Shown: positions 52,280 through 64,000 of the stretch, in pieces
How positions within the stretch are numbered: position 1 is the first letter of the stretch
Layout: every line of letters begins with the position of its first letter
DNA from: an uncultured delta proteobacterium
GTDB taxonomy: Bacteria > Desulfobacterota > Desulfomonilia > Desulfomonilales > Desulfomonilaceae
Assembly (NCBI GenBank): GCA_963789265.1
Contig: CAWBKB010000003.1
Span: forward strand, 544,001-608,000
Reading direction: 5' to 3'
DNA length: 64,000 bases
The notes under the pieces: generated by a model
Told to the model about the DNA's origin: nothing
What the model saw: only the letters and a program-made list of their open reading frames with translations
Databases searched by the model: none
Position numbers and translations under genes: made by a program

Positions 52280-53525
52280 TCAGCACCTTTCGTCCAGTTG
52301 CTCTATGAAAGCTTCGATATTCGTCCTGGTCTGTTCCTCCGAATAGCATCTGAGATCGTTGAGGTCGCCGTTTATCACCAGAGTCGGCACATGCAGACGG
52401 TTGCTCATCCGCTGGGGCATGCAGTAGCGACTGTTTGAGTTGTTGGGGCATGTCCTGGAATCGTGGAATATCACGCCGTCCACCGAGAAATTCTTTATCC
52501 ATTCATCCATGTAGGCCTCTTTGTAGGATTCGTCGCGAACGATGAAAAGTTCGGTGTATGCCCGTGCCATCGACTCGAATGGTCGCGCGGGATCGAATGA
52601 ATCGAAGATCCAACTGTTACAGTATGTAGAGGCCACAATACTGGTTTTCAGCGACGCAAACTGATCGCTCAGGTCCCGCAGTTTCCCCCAAATGGGCATC
52701 CCGTCCCAATAGATCCTATGGCGTTCGTCTTCCACGGCCCCAACCTTGTCTTGAATGCGTTCCCGGAGTTCCTTCAGGAGTAGCTTGTAGTAATCGACAG
52801 CCGCGGGTAATCCCCTGAGCACCACGGCAGGCGCCATGTGTATGGTTGCGTCGAAAAAAGTGAGAGGCGCCGGCTTGACAGCCCCGCATTCCAGTACTTG
52901 CCGCCAGAGGTTGGTGCACTCCAGCGATAGGCCTACGATTTCCCGAAGCTTGTCAATATCGAAACGGTTGCCTGAGATCTCCTCCAGCACAGGTATCATG
53001 GCTTTCATCTGGGCTGTCAGATCCGCGATGTGGTAATCCTCGACAGCCTTGATGTTACGGTGAGTATGCACGCCCAGCAAGGGCACGTTCCATTCTCTGG
53101 CATAAAAAGCAAACCAGTCCTGGACGTCACGGCACTGATTGGTGTTGTAAACCAGCAAGTCGGCCTTTGGTATTGATGCGATACCGTAGACTTTGGTCAG
53201 CGGGGTGGCTCCCTTAAGGGTACGCTCCCACATCGGAGGTAAGGTATGAGCATATATCCGGTGAGTATCCGATCGAATTGGCCACCGGGATGTAGTCTGT
53301 CGCCATTCTGGTGGCGCCTAGCAGCGCTCCATGGTTTTCAGGATAATAGACCAGGAAACCCATTGCATGCAGCAGCTCAGCGGGACCTACCGAGGTGCAC
53401 CATGCGATCTTCGGCTTTCCTTCCTTCCTTGCTTGATTCAACGCCAGGAAGTGGTCGGCCATGAGCTTCTTCATCTGAGACGCAGCAGCAATGGTCTTCC
53501 GGGTCTTAAATTCTGATTGGGACAT
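52280..53525 (-). CDS. 2-hydroxyacyl-CoA dehydratase / benzoyl-CoA reductase-type subunit (HgdB/FldB family; frameshift near 53218)
   Basis: PAELL.AMG...YPEN, GYSPDICSY, NTNQC, DGVIFH..RTC, GDL.D......TNIEAFIE. Confidence 0.88.
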
Positions 53526-53631
53526 GCCTTATCTCCAAGGGCAAAGATTTTTCACCTAATTAGTATAATAAGGCCTTGCGGAAAAATCTGGAACTCGTGC
53601 AGGTCTTTAGAAGAGATTTTTTGAGGATGGA

Positions 53632-54444
53632 CTATTTCTTTTGCCCATCTAACTCTTCGGCTCGTAGTACTGCGGCTTGAACCGTATCCATGAGGATTCC
53701 TCGCAAACCGGCCTGTTCCATGATCTGTAATCCCGCTATGGTTGTGCCACCGGGGGAGGTTATACGATCCTTGAGGCCGCTGAAAGGCTCACTTCCGGAA
53801 AGCGCCATGATGGAGGCTCCCTTAAAGGTCTGAACCGCTAGGGCTCTGGCAGTGGGTCTGTCCAGGCCCATAAGCACTGCCCCGTCAGTCAACGCCTCCA
53901 TGATGGGGAAAAGATAGCCGGGCCCGCTCCCCGAAAGCGCGGTCACGACATTCATCATTTTTTCTTCTACGGGTAACGCCAGCCCGATGGCGGAGAAGAT
54001 ATCGAGTGCCTTCTGTAAGTCTCCATCGTCGGCAATGCCGGCCTTACAGACTGCCGTAGCACTCTCGCCTACCATAGCCGCAGCATTGGGCATGGCCCTG
54101 ATGACTCTGGCGGGGAAGTTCAGGCGAGAAAGGATGAAACCGGTTGAAATGCCTGCGGCGATAGAGATGATTATCAGCGCGTCGTGGATCTCGCCGGCTA
54201 TGGAATCGATGACATCTCCGACGATCTGAGGTTTAACCGCCAGGATAAGGATCTCGGTGTCGGATTCTATGGTTCCTCCGATTTCCCTGGCCGAGTGAAT
54301 TTTTAATTCTTGCTGGAGCATGAGTGCCTTGGTCGGATCGACGTCGAAGATGGAAATCATTTCAGGAATTGTTTTTCCCGATCCGATCAATCCACGTACA
54401 AGAGCCGATCCCATGTTTCCTGCACCGATAATTCCTATCCTCAT
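53632..54444 (-). CDS. proC: Pyrroline-5-carboxylate reductase
   Basis: GAGNMG, LAVKPQ, SIAAG, RAMPN, SGSGP, TSPGGTT. Confidence 0.96.
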   Translation of the reverse strand: MRIGIIGAGNMGSALVRGLIGSGKTIPEMISIFDVDPTKALMLQQELKIHSAREIGGTIESDTEILILAVKPQIVGDVIDSIAGEIHDALIIISIAAGISTGFILSRLNFPARVIRAMPNAAAMVGESATAVCKAGIADDGDLQKALDIFSAIGLALPVEEKMMNVVTALSGSGPGYLFPIMEALTDGAVLMGLDRPTARALAVQTFKGASIMALSGSEPFSGLKDRITSPGGTTIAGLQIMEQAGLRGILMDTVQAAVLRAEELDGQKK

Positions 54445-54618
54445 GAACTGCTTCCCCTGTGCCGTTGCATTTGTCAACGGCAAATTAAATACTTCTAATA
54501 GACAAACCCGATGACTTTGCCGCTGGAATATGATAAAGGAATACTATCATGGATAAAACCAACCCGGCACATAAATATTGAACAGAGGAGCGCATTGTGA
54601 CTCCTGGAGGAAAGCACC

Positions 54619-55249
54619 ATGTCGGAAATCTTGACGGTTGATGCACGTGGACTCTCGTGTCCTCAGCCCGTACTCGAGACAAAGAAGGTTCTGGATGAAA
54701 CCGCTCCAAGTGCCCTGAAGGTTCTTGTCCAGGGGTACGCTTCACGGGAAAACGTGAGCAGGTTTGCCCGCAACCGGGGATATGAGGTAGAGGTGCAGGA
54801 AAAGGACGGGGATGAATTCGAGATCGCGCTAAAGCGGATTGAGAGCGAAATCGTTCAAAAGGTCCAGGAGGAGATTTTGGCCTGCTCCGTGCCCGAACAG
54901 TCTCAGGACTCCAAAATAGTGGTTTATGTCGGCAATAACTGCATGGGAAGAGGTGACGACGAACTGGGAAAGAAACTCATGCCGCGGATTCCTTCGCACA
55001 TGGATTGACATCAGCCCGAAACCCTGGCGCATGATCTTCATCAATTCAGGAGTTAAATTGACCACCATAGATGAAGAGGCAGCCGAGGCAGTATCACTTT
55101 TGGAAGAAAAGGGCGTACAGGTACTCTCCTGCGGCACCTGCCTGCAACACTATGGCATAGAAGACAAATTGAGGGTGGGAAAAGTCACGAATATGTTCGA
55201 AATCATCGAATCGCTCAACGCGGCCGCAAAGGTGGTGTCGCCGGATTGA
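54619..55249 (+). CDS. yedF: Selenium metabolism protein YedF (TusA + DsrE-like; frameshift near 54982)
   Basis: DARGLSCPQPV, MGRGDDELG.KLM, F.NSGVKL, SCGTCL..Y, VG.VTNM. Confidence 0.88.
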
Positions 55250-55714
55250 GCAATACTTTTCTCATTTGCCCGAAATAATATGCTTGGTCAGGCTAATACC
55301 GTGACTTCTTAAGCATTCGGCACGACGGGTGTTTGCCCATTATTCCTGTAAACGCAGGAATCCATCCCTCGGGACCGGGCCTTGGGCCAATGCCGCGAAA
55401 CGCAGGACCGCCCCGGTCTGAATCCGGATTCCGGGGTGACAGTCTCATTCCCCCCAAATAAGACAAAATTTCTGACAATTGTTGTAAGCGGTGCTATGAA
55501 GCAACTCGCTTGAATGCACAATGTCATTAGGCTATCTTCTGGTGTCGCGAGGCCGGCCGAAACGTCGGCCTCGGGGGACAAGTAAGAGGCCTGATAGATG
55601 AATTCCCTTTACACTACAATTAACCGACACGCAGCAAAGTCGGTGGTATGTCGGGGGCAAGTGGATGCTATTGACAAGACTACCCGGGAGATCCCAATGG
55701 ATACGTTGCGCATC

Positions 55715-55789
55715 TGGAGGCGGCTGGCGGATTCGAACCGCCGTATAACGGTTTTGCAGACCGTCGCCTTACCACTTGGCTAAGCCGCC
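55715..55789 (-). tRNA. tRNA-Cys(GCA)
   Basis: GGCGGCTTAGCCAAGTGGTAAGGCGACGGTCTGCAAAACCGTTATACGGCGGTTCGAATCCGCCAGCCGCCTCCA: full cloverleaf, GCA anticodon, encoded CCA. Confidence 0.97.
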
Positions 55790-56071
55790 CCTTAATGAAC
55801 GATGATTGTAGGCCAGCGTTAGATCAGATGTCAAGATAAGCAATGGCTACGTTGTCTCGTCTCGTGCGTGGGTGACCTGCACTGACAAAGACTTGCCTGG
55901 CCAAATGTTGGCGAAACCGATTAACCGAATAATATGGAGCTTCTTTAACCGCAACATGGCGAACTGGGAATAGCGATCGTTCTTTCAAGAGAGACCGACC
56001 AAGGTCACGCACTACCAAATCTAACCTTTTCATGTTGACTGGCGAGAAGTACAGTTGCGAGGGTTCATGCC

Positions 56072-56968
56072 ATGTTTTTACAATACCCTAAGAGAAGTCT
56101 GTTGCGAGCATCGAATGAAGTTTGGCTCTTTCTGAGGGAAACTGTTCATTCTTTCTTTGACGACCACGCTATGCGGATGGCGGCTGCATTGGCTTTCTAC
56201 ATGACATTCTCGATTACACCGGCGCTGCTAATCGGTTTGAGCATTGCCGGCATCGTCATCGGCAACACGCGAGCCGAATCGGAGCTAGCGGCAAGAATAG
56301 GGCAACTTATTAACCCTCAAGCGGCTAGTTACGTTTTCGCTCTGGTGGAAGGTTTTAGCGCGGAACTCAAAGGAAGACACTTGCCTGTAATGGGCATTTT
56401 GGGCGCCTTAGTGGCCGCTACCGCCGTGTTTGTCGAACTCCATTCCTCTCTCAATGTGATTTGGGGAGAATCGTCAACCAAGCGTCAAGGACTTTTGAGA
56501 ATCATTCGTTCCAGGGTGATATCATTCGTATTTGTGGTAGGGATAGGGATTCTCTTGCTGGTATCGGTGGTCACAAGCACCGTACTGACCGCGATAAACA
56601 GCTTGCTCATGAGCACACTACCGCTCTTGCAAAACTTGGTACACTGGCTGCAAATTCTCGTCCAATTTGGGATCCTCCCGCTTTTACTGGCACTCACTTA
56701 CAAACTGGTGCCTGATGCGACCGTTGAATGGAAGGACGTGGTGCCGGGAGCCCTGATAACAGCGGTCTTGTTTCTCCTGGGCAAGTGGGCGTTTGGAATG
56801 TACCTGCGCGTCAGCGTTTTAGCATCAGTCTATGGAGCGGCCGCGTCGCTGTTTATTTTGCTCGTGTGGGTGTATTATTCTGCCCAAGTCTTTTTTCTCG
56901 GCGCTGAGATGACGAAAGTCTACGCCAGAAGTTATGGTTCCCATTCTAAGGAGCGTCAAGAAACTTGA
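56072..56968 (+). CDS. YihY/virulence factor BrkB family membrane protein
   Basis: AAALAFY..FS, LN.IW, YK.VP, SVYGAA.S...LL.WVYYSAQ....GAE. Confidence 0.92.
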   Translation: MFLQYPKRSLLRASNEVWLFLRETVHSFFDDHAMRMAAALAFYMTFSITPALLIGLSIAGIVIGNTRAESELAARIGQLINPQAASYVFALVEGFSAELKGRHLPVMGILGALVAATAVFVELHSSLNVIWGESSTKRQGLLRIIRSRVISFVFVVGIGILLLVSVVTSTVLTAINSLLMSTLPLLQNLVHWLQILVQFGILPLLLALTYKLVPDATVEWKDVVPGALITAVLFLLGKWAFGMYLRVSVLASVYGAAASLFILLVWVYYSAQVFFLGAEMTKVYARSYGSHSKERQET

Positions 56969-57071
56969 CGCTCCAATGTTTGTGGACAACACTGAAAAGC
57001 TTTAAGTTTATAAACAATTCCGTTGAAATTTTCATGTATTTCTTTATAACCATAGACAGGTTGACGGTTCC

Positions 57072-59769
57072 GTGTTAGAGTTGAGGACCGGAGCCGGAGA
57101 AAGGAGGCAAAAGGTGAACCCGTCGGCTGGAAACAGACTCCCCAAGGACCCGTTCCGAGAATTGTATGCTCGCGCCCAAACCGGGAAAAACAGGGGATCT
57201 TTTTTCGCCGGGATCGCCCGCTTCGTATTGTTGGTTTTTATCGGGTGCACGGCCGGCATGGCTGGGGTCGCGGCCCAAGGTTACGTGTACTTCACTCATA
57301 ATTTGCCCAGCATTCAAAAACTCAAAAAATACTCCCCTTCCACAGTCACACAGGTTTATGCCGACAAAGGTGAGTTGATCGGCGAATTCTTTTATCAGTA
57401 CCGCTTCGTAGTCCCCATAGAGCAGATCCCCAAAGTCCTTCAGAATGCATTTGTGGCTGCGGAGGATAAGAATTTTTGGACTCACGGCGGTTTGGATAAA
57501 GAGGCCATAGTTAGAGCGATCAAGACGAATATTCTTCACGGCCGAGTGACGGTTGGAGGCAGTACCATTACTCAGCAAGTGGCTAAGACTTTTTTGCTCA
57601 CTCCTGAGAGGACGTTCGTTCGTAAAATCAAAGAAGCGCTTCTATCCAAACAGATAGAAAGGTCCCTTACAAAAGAACAAATTTTGTACCTGTATCTCAA
57701 CCAAATTTTCCTGGGCAGCGGGGCTTACGGCGTTGAAGCTGCGGCACGAACATATTTCGATAAGCACGTCCAGGACTTGACGATTGCCGAATGTGCCATG
57801 CTGGCAGGTCTTCCCAAGAAGCCCTCATCGTTGTCCCCGAAAAAAAACCTGGAAGGAGCGTTGGACCGCCGTGCGTACGTTCTCAAGAGGATGCTCGAGG
57901 ATCGGTATATTACCGAGGCCCAGTATGAAGAGGCGAGCCAGGAAGAGCCGAAGATCGTCACACACAATAACCCTTATTTGAAAGCCGCTCCTGACTTTGT
58001 CGAGTACGTTCGCAAGAGCTTGGAAAAAAGATACGGCGCAGATGTGTTGTACAAAGGAGGTCTCCAGGTTTGCACCACTGTAGATTTGGCCTTGACGAAG
58101 TCGGCCCGGGAAGCTATGGACAGGGGCCTGCGTGAATTGGACAAGCGACAGGGATATCGAGGGCCGGTAAAGACTTTGAATGTAAAAGGGGTGGCGGAAT
58201 TTCTCGAAGACCAAACCCGTAACAGGCAAGGACCTCCGCGATTCGGGCAAATCACGGAGGCTGTCGTCACTCATATAGATAACGAAAATATTTACATGCG
58301 CATGGGCGGCTACTCCGGGGCCAAGAGCAAGAAGGAATATGTAGGCCAGATCAAGATCGATCCGAACCCTAAATGGTGGGTACGCACTCCCTACATAAGA
58401 CCGGAGATGCGCACCCGCAATTTTGCACAGGGCGACCTCCCCTACCAGGTAGGTGATCTTATTGAGGTTCGTGTCCAAGACCCAAACATTAAACGGCGTG
58501 AATTGTATCTCAAAAAGTACGGCAAGACGGATCCTACACTAAAGAACTACAAGCAATATACAGAGGATATGCTGGCATATTTTCCCTTGGAGCCGGAACA
58601 GGAGCCTCTAGCCCAGTCAGCGCTCATGATGCGCGAAAACAGGTCCGGGTACATTAGGGTCATCGTGGGTGGTTACAGTTACGCGGAGTCCAAATTCAAC
58701 CGAGCTATCCAATCTAGGCGTCAGGCGGGGTCCTCGTTCAAGCCGGTGATTTACTCCGCTGCGCTAAATAAAGGCTTTACGTGCGCGGATATCATTCTAG
58801 ATTCTCCGTTGGCACTTGCAATTCCTGGAACCGGGGAAGTGTGGAGGCCCAAAAATTACAGAGGGGGCTATCAAGGGCCTGTCACCTTCAGGGATGCAAT
58901 TGTAAAATCGAGAAATATCCCCACCATCAAAATCCTCCAACAGATCGGAATCGAGCAGGCCAAGGCGTATGCTCGGAAGCTGGGATACACCTCTCCTTTG
59001 GTGGATAATCTTACATTAGCTTTGGGTTCCACTGGCGTCTCGCTCGACGAACAGCTCACAGCGTACTCCGTTTTCCCCAACAAAGGCTATTTGGTGCCTG
59101 GAGTCTATGTGAAGAAAATTGTGGACCGCAATGGAAAGATTCTCGAGGAACATGATCCACCGATTCTCCTGGACGACCCCGTGAGCGGTGAAGATCCCAA
59201 GATTCAGAAGGTCTCCCGCGAAACGCCGCAAGGCGAGATTACGTCAGAAGGCGAAGTCTCCGAAAAGGGCGCGCCTCTTGTCCGAAGAGCACTCGATGAT
59301 GGAACCGCCTACATCATGACATCGCTTTTGCAGGGAGTGATCCAAGAAGGCACAGCGACTAATTTGAAGAAGATCGTCGGGCGGCCCGACATAGGGGGCA
59401 AGACCGGCACCACAAATGACAATATAGATGCATGGTTCATGGGCTTTTCCCCGGACTACACCTGCGGTGTCTGGGTGGGGTTCGATAAGGAGGTGTCACT
59501 CGGTGATGGAGAAACAGGAGGCAAAGCTGCGGCCCCCATTTGGGGGTATTTTATGCGAGAAACGCTGAAGAACAAGCCGATGAAAGAATTTCCCATGCCG
59601 CAGTCGGTCGAAATTCGACGCATTGACCGCAGAAACCGGCCTTCTGACCTCCGCGGCCAACGGGTTTCCTGAAGTGTTTAAGGTGGGTAGCAGCCCTGCC
59701 GACGCCGGCCCCAAACTAATAAAGGGTTCCAGGTGGGATTACTCCGGCTCCGATCTCGATCAATTCTAG
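57072..59769 (+). CDS. mrcA: Penicillin-binding protein 1A (bifunctional transglycosylase/transpeptidase; frameshift near 59630)
   Basis: EDKNF..H.G, GSTITQQ, RKIKE, YLNQI, GSSFKP (SxxK), SRN, KTGT; the shifted frame continues TGLL...EVFK to stop 59769. Confidence 0.92.
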
Positions 59770-60195
59770 CCTACTAGTTCCCACCGCGTTGATTCCTGCC
59801 GAGGTGCGCGTAAGCCCCGATGTTGTTGGAGTAGCGCCCAATTTCATAAATTCGGTACGGAATTGCGAGCAGAATTATTGGAGCAGGCATTCCGCCACAT
59901 CAATGCAGTGAGTGCCCTCGCACTTTCCCTCATTATCCTTAGTCGGCGATTTTTTCACCCGAACCACGAATCGGGCTAATTAGTCGCTTGCCGCTGACGT
60001 CCTGCCGCCGGGGCTTCCTTTGTCCGCCGAGGCGTTTTCGAAAGCCTGGGGCCAATGGGCTTCGTACTGAAACTTTCTTTACAGAGCCACTGCACTTTTG
60101 CAAGTGTAGGCATATTCGGTACGATCATTCGTGACAGCACGTCCCTAATTTTTTGAGAGACCCTCGGTAACCGCGGCTTTTTCCGACTTTGGAGC

Positions 60196-60223
60196 TTGAC
60201 ACCGGGACTTTATCGCATATATT
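60196..60223 (+). promoter_or_regulatory. Putative sigma70 promoter of lon
   Basis: TTGACA-N16-TATATT about 120 nt upstream of the lon start. Confidence 0.45.
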
Positions 60224-60339
60224 TATATCTTTGGAGGGTAATTTCGTGGAAATGTCAGGTTGCGAATGGACAGCTTGCCGTCTTTTGCCACGATTTAGCA
60301 TGAAACCCTATTATCTTTTTTGTCAGATAAAGGACAACG

Positions 60340-62871
60340 ATGATGGCCGATGAGATTGAAAAGAAGGATGACTTCGATCAAGACGACCCCCCTAAGACCC
60401 AGCAGATAAACTTCGCCGACATCCCCGAGGTACTGCCCCTTCTGCCCGTGCGGGACGTGGTAATATACTCCTACATGATTCTTCCTCTGATGGTAGGCAG
60501 GGAGAGATCCATAAGGGCTGTGGACGAGGCCCTGTCTCAAGACCGGCTCATATTTCTCGCCGCGCAAAAGATTTCCACCGAAGAGGACCCCACCCCGGAC
60601 AACATTTACAGCGTGGGCACAGTGGCCATGGTGGTCAAGCAGCTCAAATTGCCGGACGGCAGGGTCAAGATCCTCGTCCAAGGCCTAGCCAAGGCACGCG
60701 TTGTAACCTTTCTTGAGTCGCGCGAATTCTTTAAGGTGAAGATCCAAAAGATTCCGGAACCTGTGGCGGCTCCGGTGACTATTGAGGTCGAAGCCTTGAT
60801 GAGGTCCATAAAGGAGAATTCGGAAAAGATACTCCAACTCCGTGGAATAATATCCCCCGATGCCGTGGCCATCCTGGATTCTATCGAGGATCCCGGCAGG
60901 CTTGCTGACCTCGTTGCATCGAACCTGAAACTCCATGTGGAAGAGTCCCAAGCCATACTGGAAGTCACTGACCCTGTGGAGAGACTCAAAAGGGTCAATG
61001 AACTGCTTTCCAAAGAACTCGAGCTATCGGCCATGCAAGCTAAGATTCAGACGCAGGCCAAGGAAGAAATGGGTAAGACCCACCGGGAGTACTTCCTCAG
61101 AGAGCAACTGAAAGCCATTCAGAGCGAACTTGGCGAGATTGACGAAAAAACCAAAGAAATAGAGGAGTTTCGAGAAAAGATCGCCAAAGCAAAGATACCT
61201 AAAGATGTCGAGAAAGAAGCCGAAAAGCAGCTCAGCAGGCTCGGTCAAATGCACCCGGACGCGGCCGAAGCGTCCATCATTCGGACCTATTTGGACTGGA
61301 TCGTTGAACTCCCTTGGTCCAAAGGGACTCGGGATAGGCTCGACATAAAGAATGCCAAGACCATCCTTGATGAAGACCACTACAATCTGGAAAAGGTGAA
61401 AGACCGTATCCTCGAATATTTGGGGGTCCGCAAACTCAACAAGCAGATGAAAGGCCCCATTCTGTGCTTTGTAGGCCCTCCGGGTGTAGGGAAGACTTCC
61501 CTCGGTCGATCTATAGCCCGAGCTTTGGGACGCAAGTTCACGAGGATCTCCCTGGGCGGGGTAAGAGACGAGGCCGAAATTCGCGGCCACCGTCGTACCT
61601 ACATCGGTGCCTTGCCGGGCCGCATAATTCAGGGGCTTAAGAATGCGGGGTCTAACAACCCGGTATTTATGCTCGACGAGATCGACAAGGTGGGGGCTGA
61701 TTTCCGCGGCGATCCGTCGGCCGCTTTGCTGGAAGTTCTGGACCCGGAGCAGAATCATGCTTTCAGCGATCACTACCTCAATGTGCCCTTTGACCTTTCC
61801 AAGGTCATGTTTATAACTACAGCAAACGTCGCGGATACCATTCTTCCCGCCCTGAAGGACAGAATGGAAATCATCGAACTGTCCGGTTATATCGATGAAG
61901 AAAAATTGAAGATCGCCCGGCAGTACCTGATCCCCAGGCAGATCAAAGAAAACGGCATAAGGGAAGACGATTTCCACATAACCGATGAAGCAATACTCGG
62001 TATTGTCAATCAGTACACTCGAGAGGCGGGTCTGCGCAATCTCGAACGGGAAATTGCAAATCTCTGCCGCAAAATCGCTCGCAAGATAGCGGAAGGCGAA
62101 AAGAAGGTCCCAAGGATTACCGCCAAGAATCTGAACAAGTTTCTGGGCGTCCCGAGGTTCCTCCCGGACCAGGAACAGAGAACCGATGAGGTGGGGGTAG
62201 CCACCGGACTTGCATGGACCCCTTATGGCGGCGATGTTCTTCACATAGAGGCCACGCCTATGGAAGGGAAAGGCAGCCTTCTCTTAACCGGACAGTTGGG
62301 CGATGTGATGAAGGAGTCAGGCCAGGCGGCTCTCTCGTACTTTCGTTCGTGTGCCGCACTGTTCGGCATGAAGGAGAAATTCTACTTCTCTAAAGACATT
62401 CACGTGCATGTTCCGGCCGGAGCAATCCCCAAAGACGGACCGTCAGCCGGTGTCACGATGGCCACAGCCCTGGTGAGCGCTCTCACAGGCATCCCCGTGC
62501 GATCGGACGTAGCCATGACAGGAGAAATCACTCTTAGAGGAAGAGTCTTACCTGTGGGAGGACTGCGGGAGAAATCTTTAGCCGCACTGCGGGCCCGCAT
62601 ATATACGGTGATTGCCCCGGAACAGAACGAAAAGGACCTTGACGAAATACCCCGGCATATACGCCGAAGGCTTGAATTCAAGTTTGTCAAACACATGGAC
62701 GAAGTTCTCAAGCTGGCCCTGAAAGATGCTCCTGGGATCGGCGGGAAAAAGGCCGGAACCGCCGGAGTGAAGAGTTCGCCAAGGAACTCGGCCGTAAAGG
62801 GCAAGGTCGCAAGGCCTGTCAGTGCGAGACGTCATTCAAGGACTGAATCCTCGGCCGAAAGAGAAGCCTAA
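60340..62871 (+). CDS. lon: ATP-dependent Lon protease
   Basis: LON N-domain, [33 protein letters not shown]. Confidence 0.98.
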   Translation: MMADEIEKKDDFDQDDPPKTQQINFADIPEVLPLLPVRDVVIYSYMILPLMVGRERSIRAVDEALSQDRLIFLAAQKISTEEDPTPDNIYSVGTVAMVVKQLKLPDGRVKILVQGLAKARVVTFLESREFFKVKIQKIPEPVAAPVTIEVEALMRSIKENSEKILQLRGIISPDAVAILDSIEDPGRLADLVASNLKLHVEESQAILEVTDPVERLKRVNELLSKELELSAMQAKIQTQAKEEMGKTHREYFLREQLKAIQSELGEIDEKTKEIEEFREKIAKAKIPKDVEKEAEKQLSRLGQMHPDAAEASIIRTYLDWIVELPWSKGTRDRLDIKNAKTILDEDHYNLEKVKDRILEYLGVRKLNKQMKGPILCFVGPPGVGKTSLGRSIARALGRKFTRISLGGVRDEAEIRGHRRTYIGALPGRIIQGLKNAGSNNPVFMLDEIDKVGADFRGDPSAALLEVLDPEQNHAFSDHYLNVPFDLSKVMFITTANVADTILPALKDRMEIIELSGYIDEEKLKIARQYLIPRQIKENGIREDDFHITDEAILGIVNQYTREAGLRNLEREIANLCRKIARKIAEGEKKVPRITAKNLNKFLGVPRFLPDQEQRTDEVGVATGLAWTPYGGDVLHIEATPMEGKGSLLLTGQLGDVMKESGQAALSYFRSCAALFGMKEKFYFSKDIHVHVPAGAIPKDGPSAGVTMATALVSALTGIPVRSDVAMTGEITLRGRVLPVGGLREKSLAALRARIYTVIAPEQNEKDLDEIPRHIRRRLEFKFVKHMDEVLKLALKDAPGIGGKKAGTAGVKSSPRNSAVKGKVARPVSARRHSRTESSAEREA

Positions 62872-62884
62872 TTCCGGGTTTTTT

Positions 62885-63139
62885 ATGAGAATGATCGGAA
62901 TTACCGCGATCTATGTCGGTGTAATGGTCCTGGGACTCTTTTGGATTGTATTCAGGGTGAAGTCCTACCTTCGAAGTCAGAAGGAAACGGAATATAAATG
63001 GAACGAAGCAATGTACAAGGATGAATTCAGTGTCTATCCGGACAAGTTGAAGGAGCAATTAATCGAGAAGGATGATGTGGATAACACGAGCAAAACTGCT
63101 CCGTTGAGCACTAATGCCGATTCGCTTTCCAAAAAGTGA
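62885..63139 (+). CDS. Small hypothetical membrane-anchored protein
   Basis: One TM followed by a charged tail; directly after lon. Confidence 0.55.
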   Translation: MRMIGITAIYVGVMVLGLFWIVFRVKSYLRSQKETEYKWNEAMYKDEFSVYPDKLKEQLIEKDDVDNTSKTAPLSTNADSLSKK

Positions 63140-63484
63140 GAATGGGCCGATAGCAAACGGCACTGACCTGGGGCCATGACGGCGCCCAGGTCAGTGGCAC
63201 CCAACATCCACTCATGGGGTCCTGGGTGCCATCCAGCGTCCCGCGGGAGGCTCTGTCAGATCTGTGCTGTATTCCCTTGATTGTTCACCGTTTCATCGCG
63301 CACTCCTATGAAAACTTCCTTTATCGACCGGCATCTTGCAGTGGCGACGCCCCGCGGAACGCGGGGTTGCCCGTCATCCCCCATCGACAGCCTGTCCCGC
63401 TAATCTAAACCAGGGTCCAACACTCGTCACTCATGACGAATTACTATGACAAGAAGTGCCGGGGGCCACGAACTTGGGACTTGC

Positions 63485-64000
63485 CTACGGGGTTGGTGCT
63501 TCCCCTTTTAATTCTCTGACTTTGTCCTCACATTGCTTCGAAGCGGCCACCATGTTGTCTTCAATTTCCTGGCGGATCTTTTCGTAATCATCGCTGCTAA
63601 GGCCATGTGGAATGTGCGTAGGTTTTCCGAAAGCCATTACAATAGTGCTGAAGGGCAAAGGCAATATCATCCTGTCCCAGGAGCCGAACTGGATCTGGCG
63701 CGTGGCCCAACTTACAAATGGGACAACCGGAATCTGAGCTTCACGGCTGACAATAACAGTCCCTATTTTCACTTTCCTGGATGGGCCTCTAGGGGCATCC
63801 ACCGCAAGCCCCGAACAGTAATTTTTCTCCTTTATCATGGCGATCATCTCGGCCAGGGCTTCCTTGCCGCCGCGTGAAGACGATCCTCTCGTAGTATCGT
63901 ACCCCCACCGGCGGAGGCATCGATCGATAAGCTCCCCGTCCCAAGATCGGCTCACCATGACCACTCCGGGATAGCGGCCACAATAATAGACCGGGAAAAG
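63485..64000 (-). CDS. DUF374 / lysophospholipid acyltransferase family protein (5' end outside the window)
   Basis: MVSRS.DGE, RGSSSRGG, VDAPRGP, SWDR..LPLPF. Confidence 0.88.
   Translation of the reverse strand, partial: LFPVYYCGRYPGVVMVSRSWDGELIDRCLRRWGYDTTRGSSSRGGKEALAEMIAMIKEKNYCSGLAVDAPRGPSRKVKIGTVIVSREAQIPVVPFVSWATRQIQFGSWDRMILPLPFSTIVMAFGKPTHIPHGLSSDDYEKIRQEIEDNMVAASKQCEDKVRELKGEAPTP

Noticed and set aside
55590..55800. Integrated element at tRNA-Cys
   Set aside because: No integrase nearby and no duplicate of the tRNA 3' end seen in the window.
59770..60339. ncRNA or CIRCE element upstream of lon
   Set aside because: TTAGCA at 60295 lacks the rest of the CIRCE inverted repeat, and no RNA family is recognisable by eye.

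Overview
Core-genome window of an anaerobic deltaproteobacterium, probably Desulfomonile-like. This placement is inferred from gene content and from a lineage-typical 'ILADIKAGMDDAALKDKYQLS' domain. The main contents are: (i) a translationally coupled operon joining a four-subunit 2-oxoacid:ferredoxin oxidoreductase to HdrA-MvhD(fused)/HdrC/HdrB, followed by Mrp; (ii) housekeeping genes (argS, gyrA, trpS, nth, priA, proC, PBP1A, lon, tRNA-Cys); (iii) archease and rtcB separated by about 7 kb of accessory genes (HicBA, DUF2283, MarR, a putative nuclease); (iv) a divergent ThyA-like enzyme; (v) an envelope-glycan cluster with two B12-dependent radical SAM enzymes, GT2s, DUF2304, a methyltransferase and GT-C-like membrane proteins; (vi) selenium-associated genes yqeB and yedF and a 2-hydroxyacyl-CoA dehydratase/activase pair. 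Intergenic DNA is dense with several palindromic repeat families and MITEs that nest inside each other. A 16-19 nt mini-hairpin repeatedly occupies the loops of other repeats, and one repeat array sits in frame inside a protein. Many genes carry single-base frameshifts, often at short homopolymers, which look like sequencing errors. All calls come from reading the sequence; no database searches were run.
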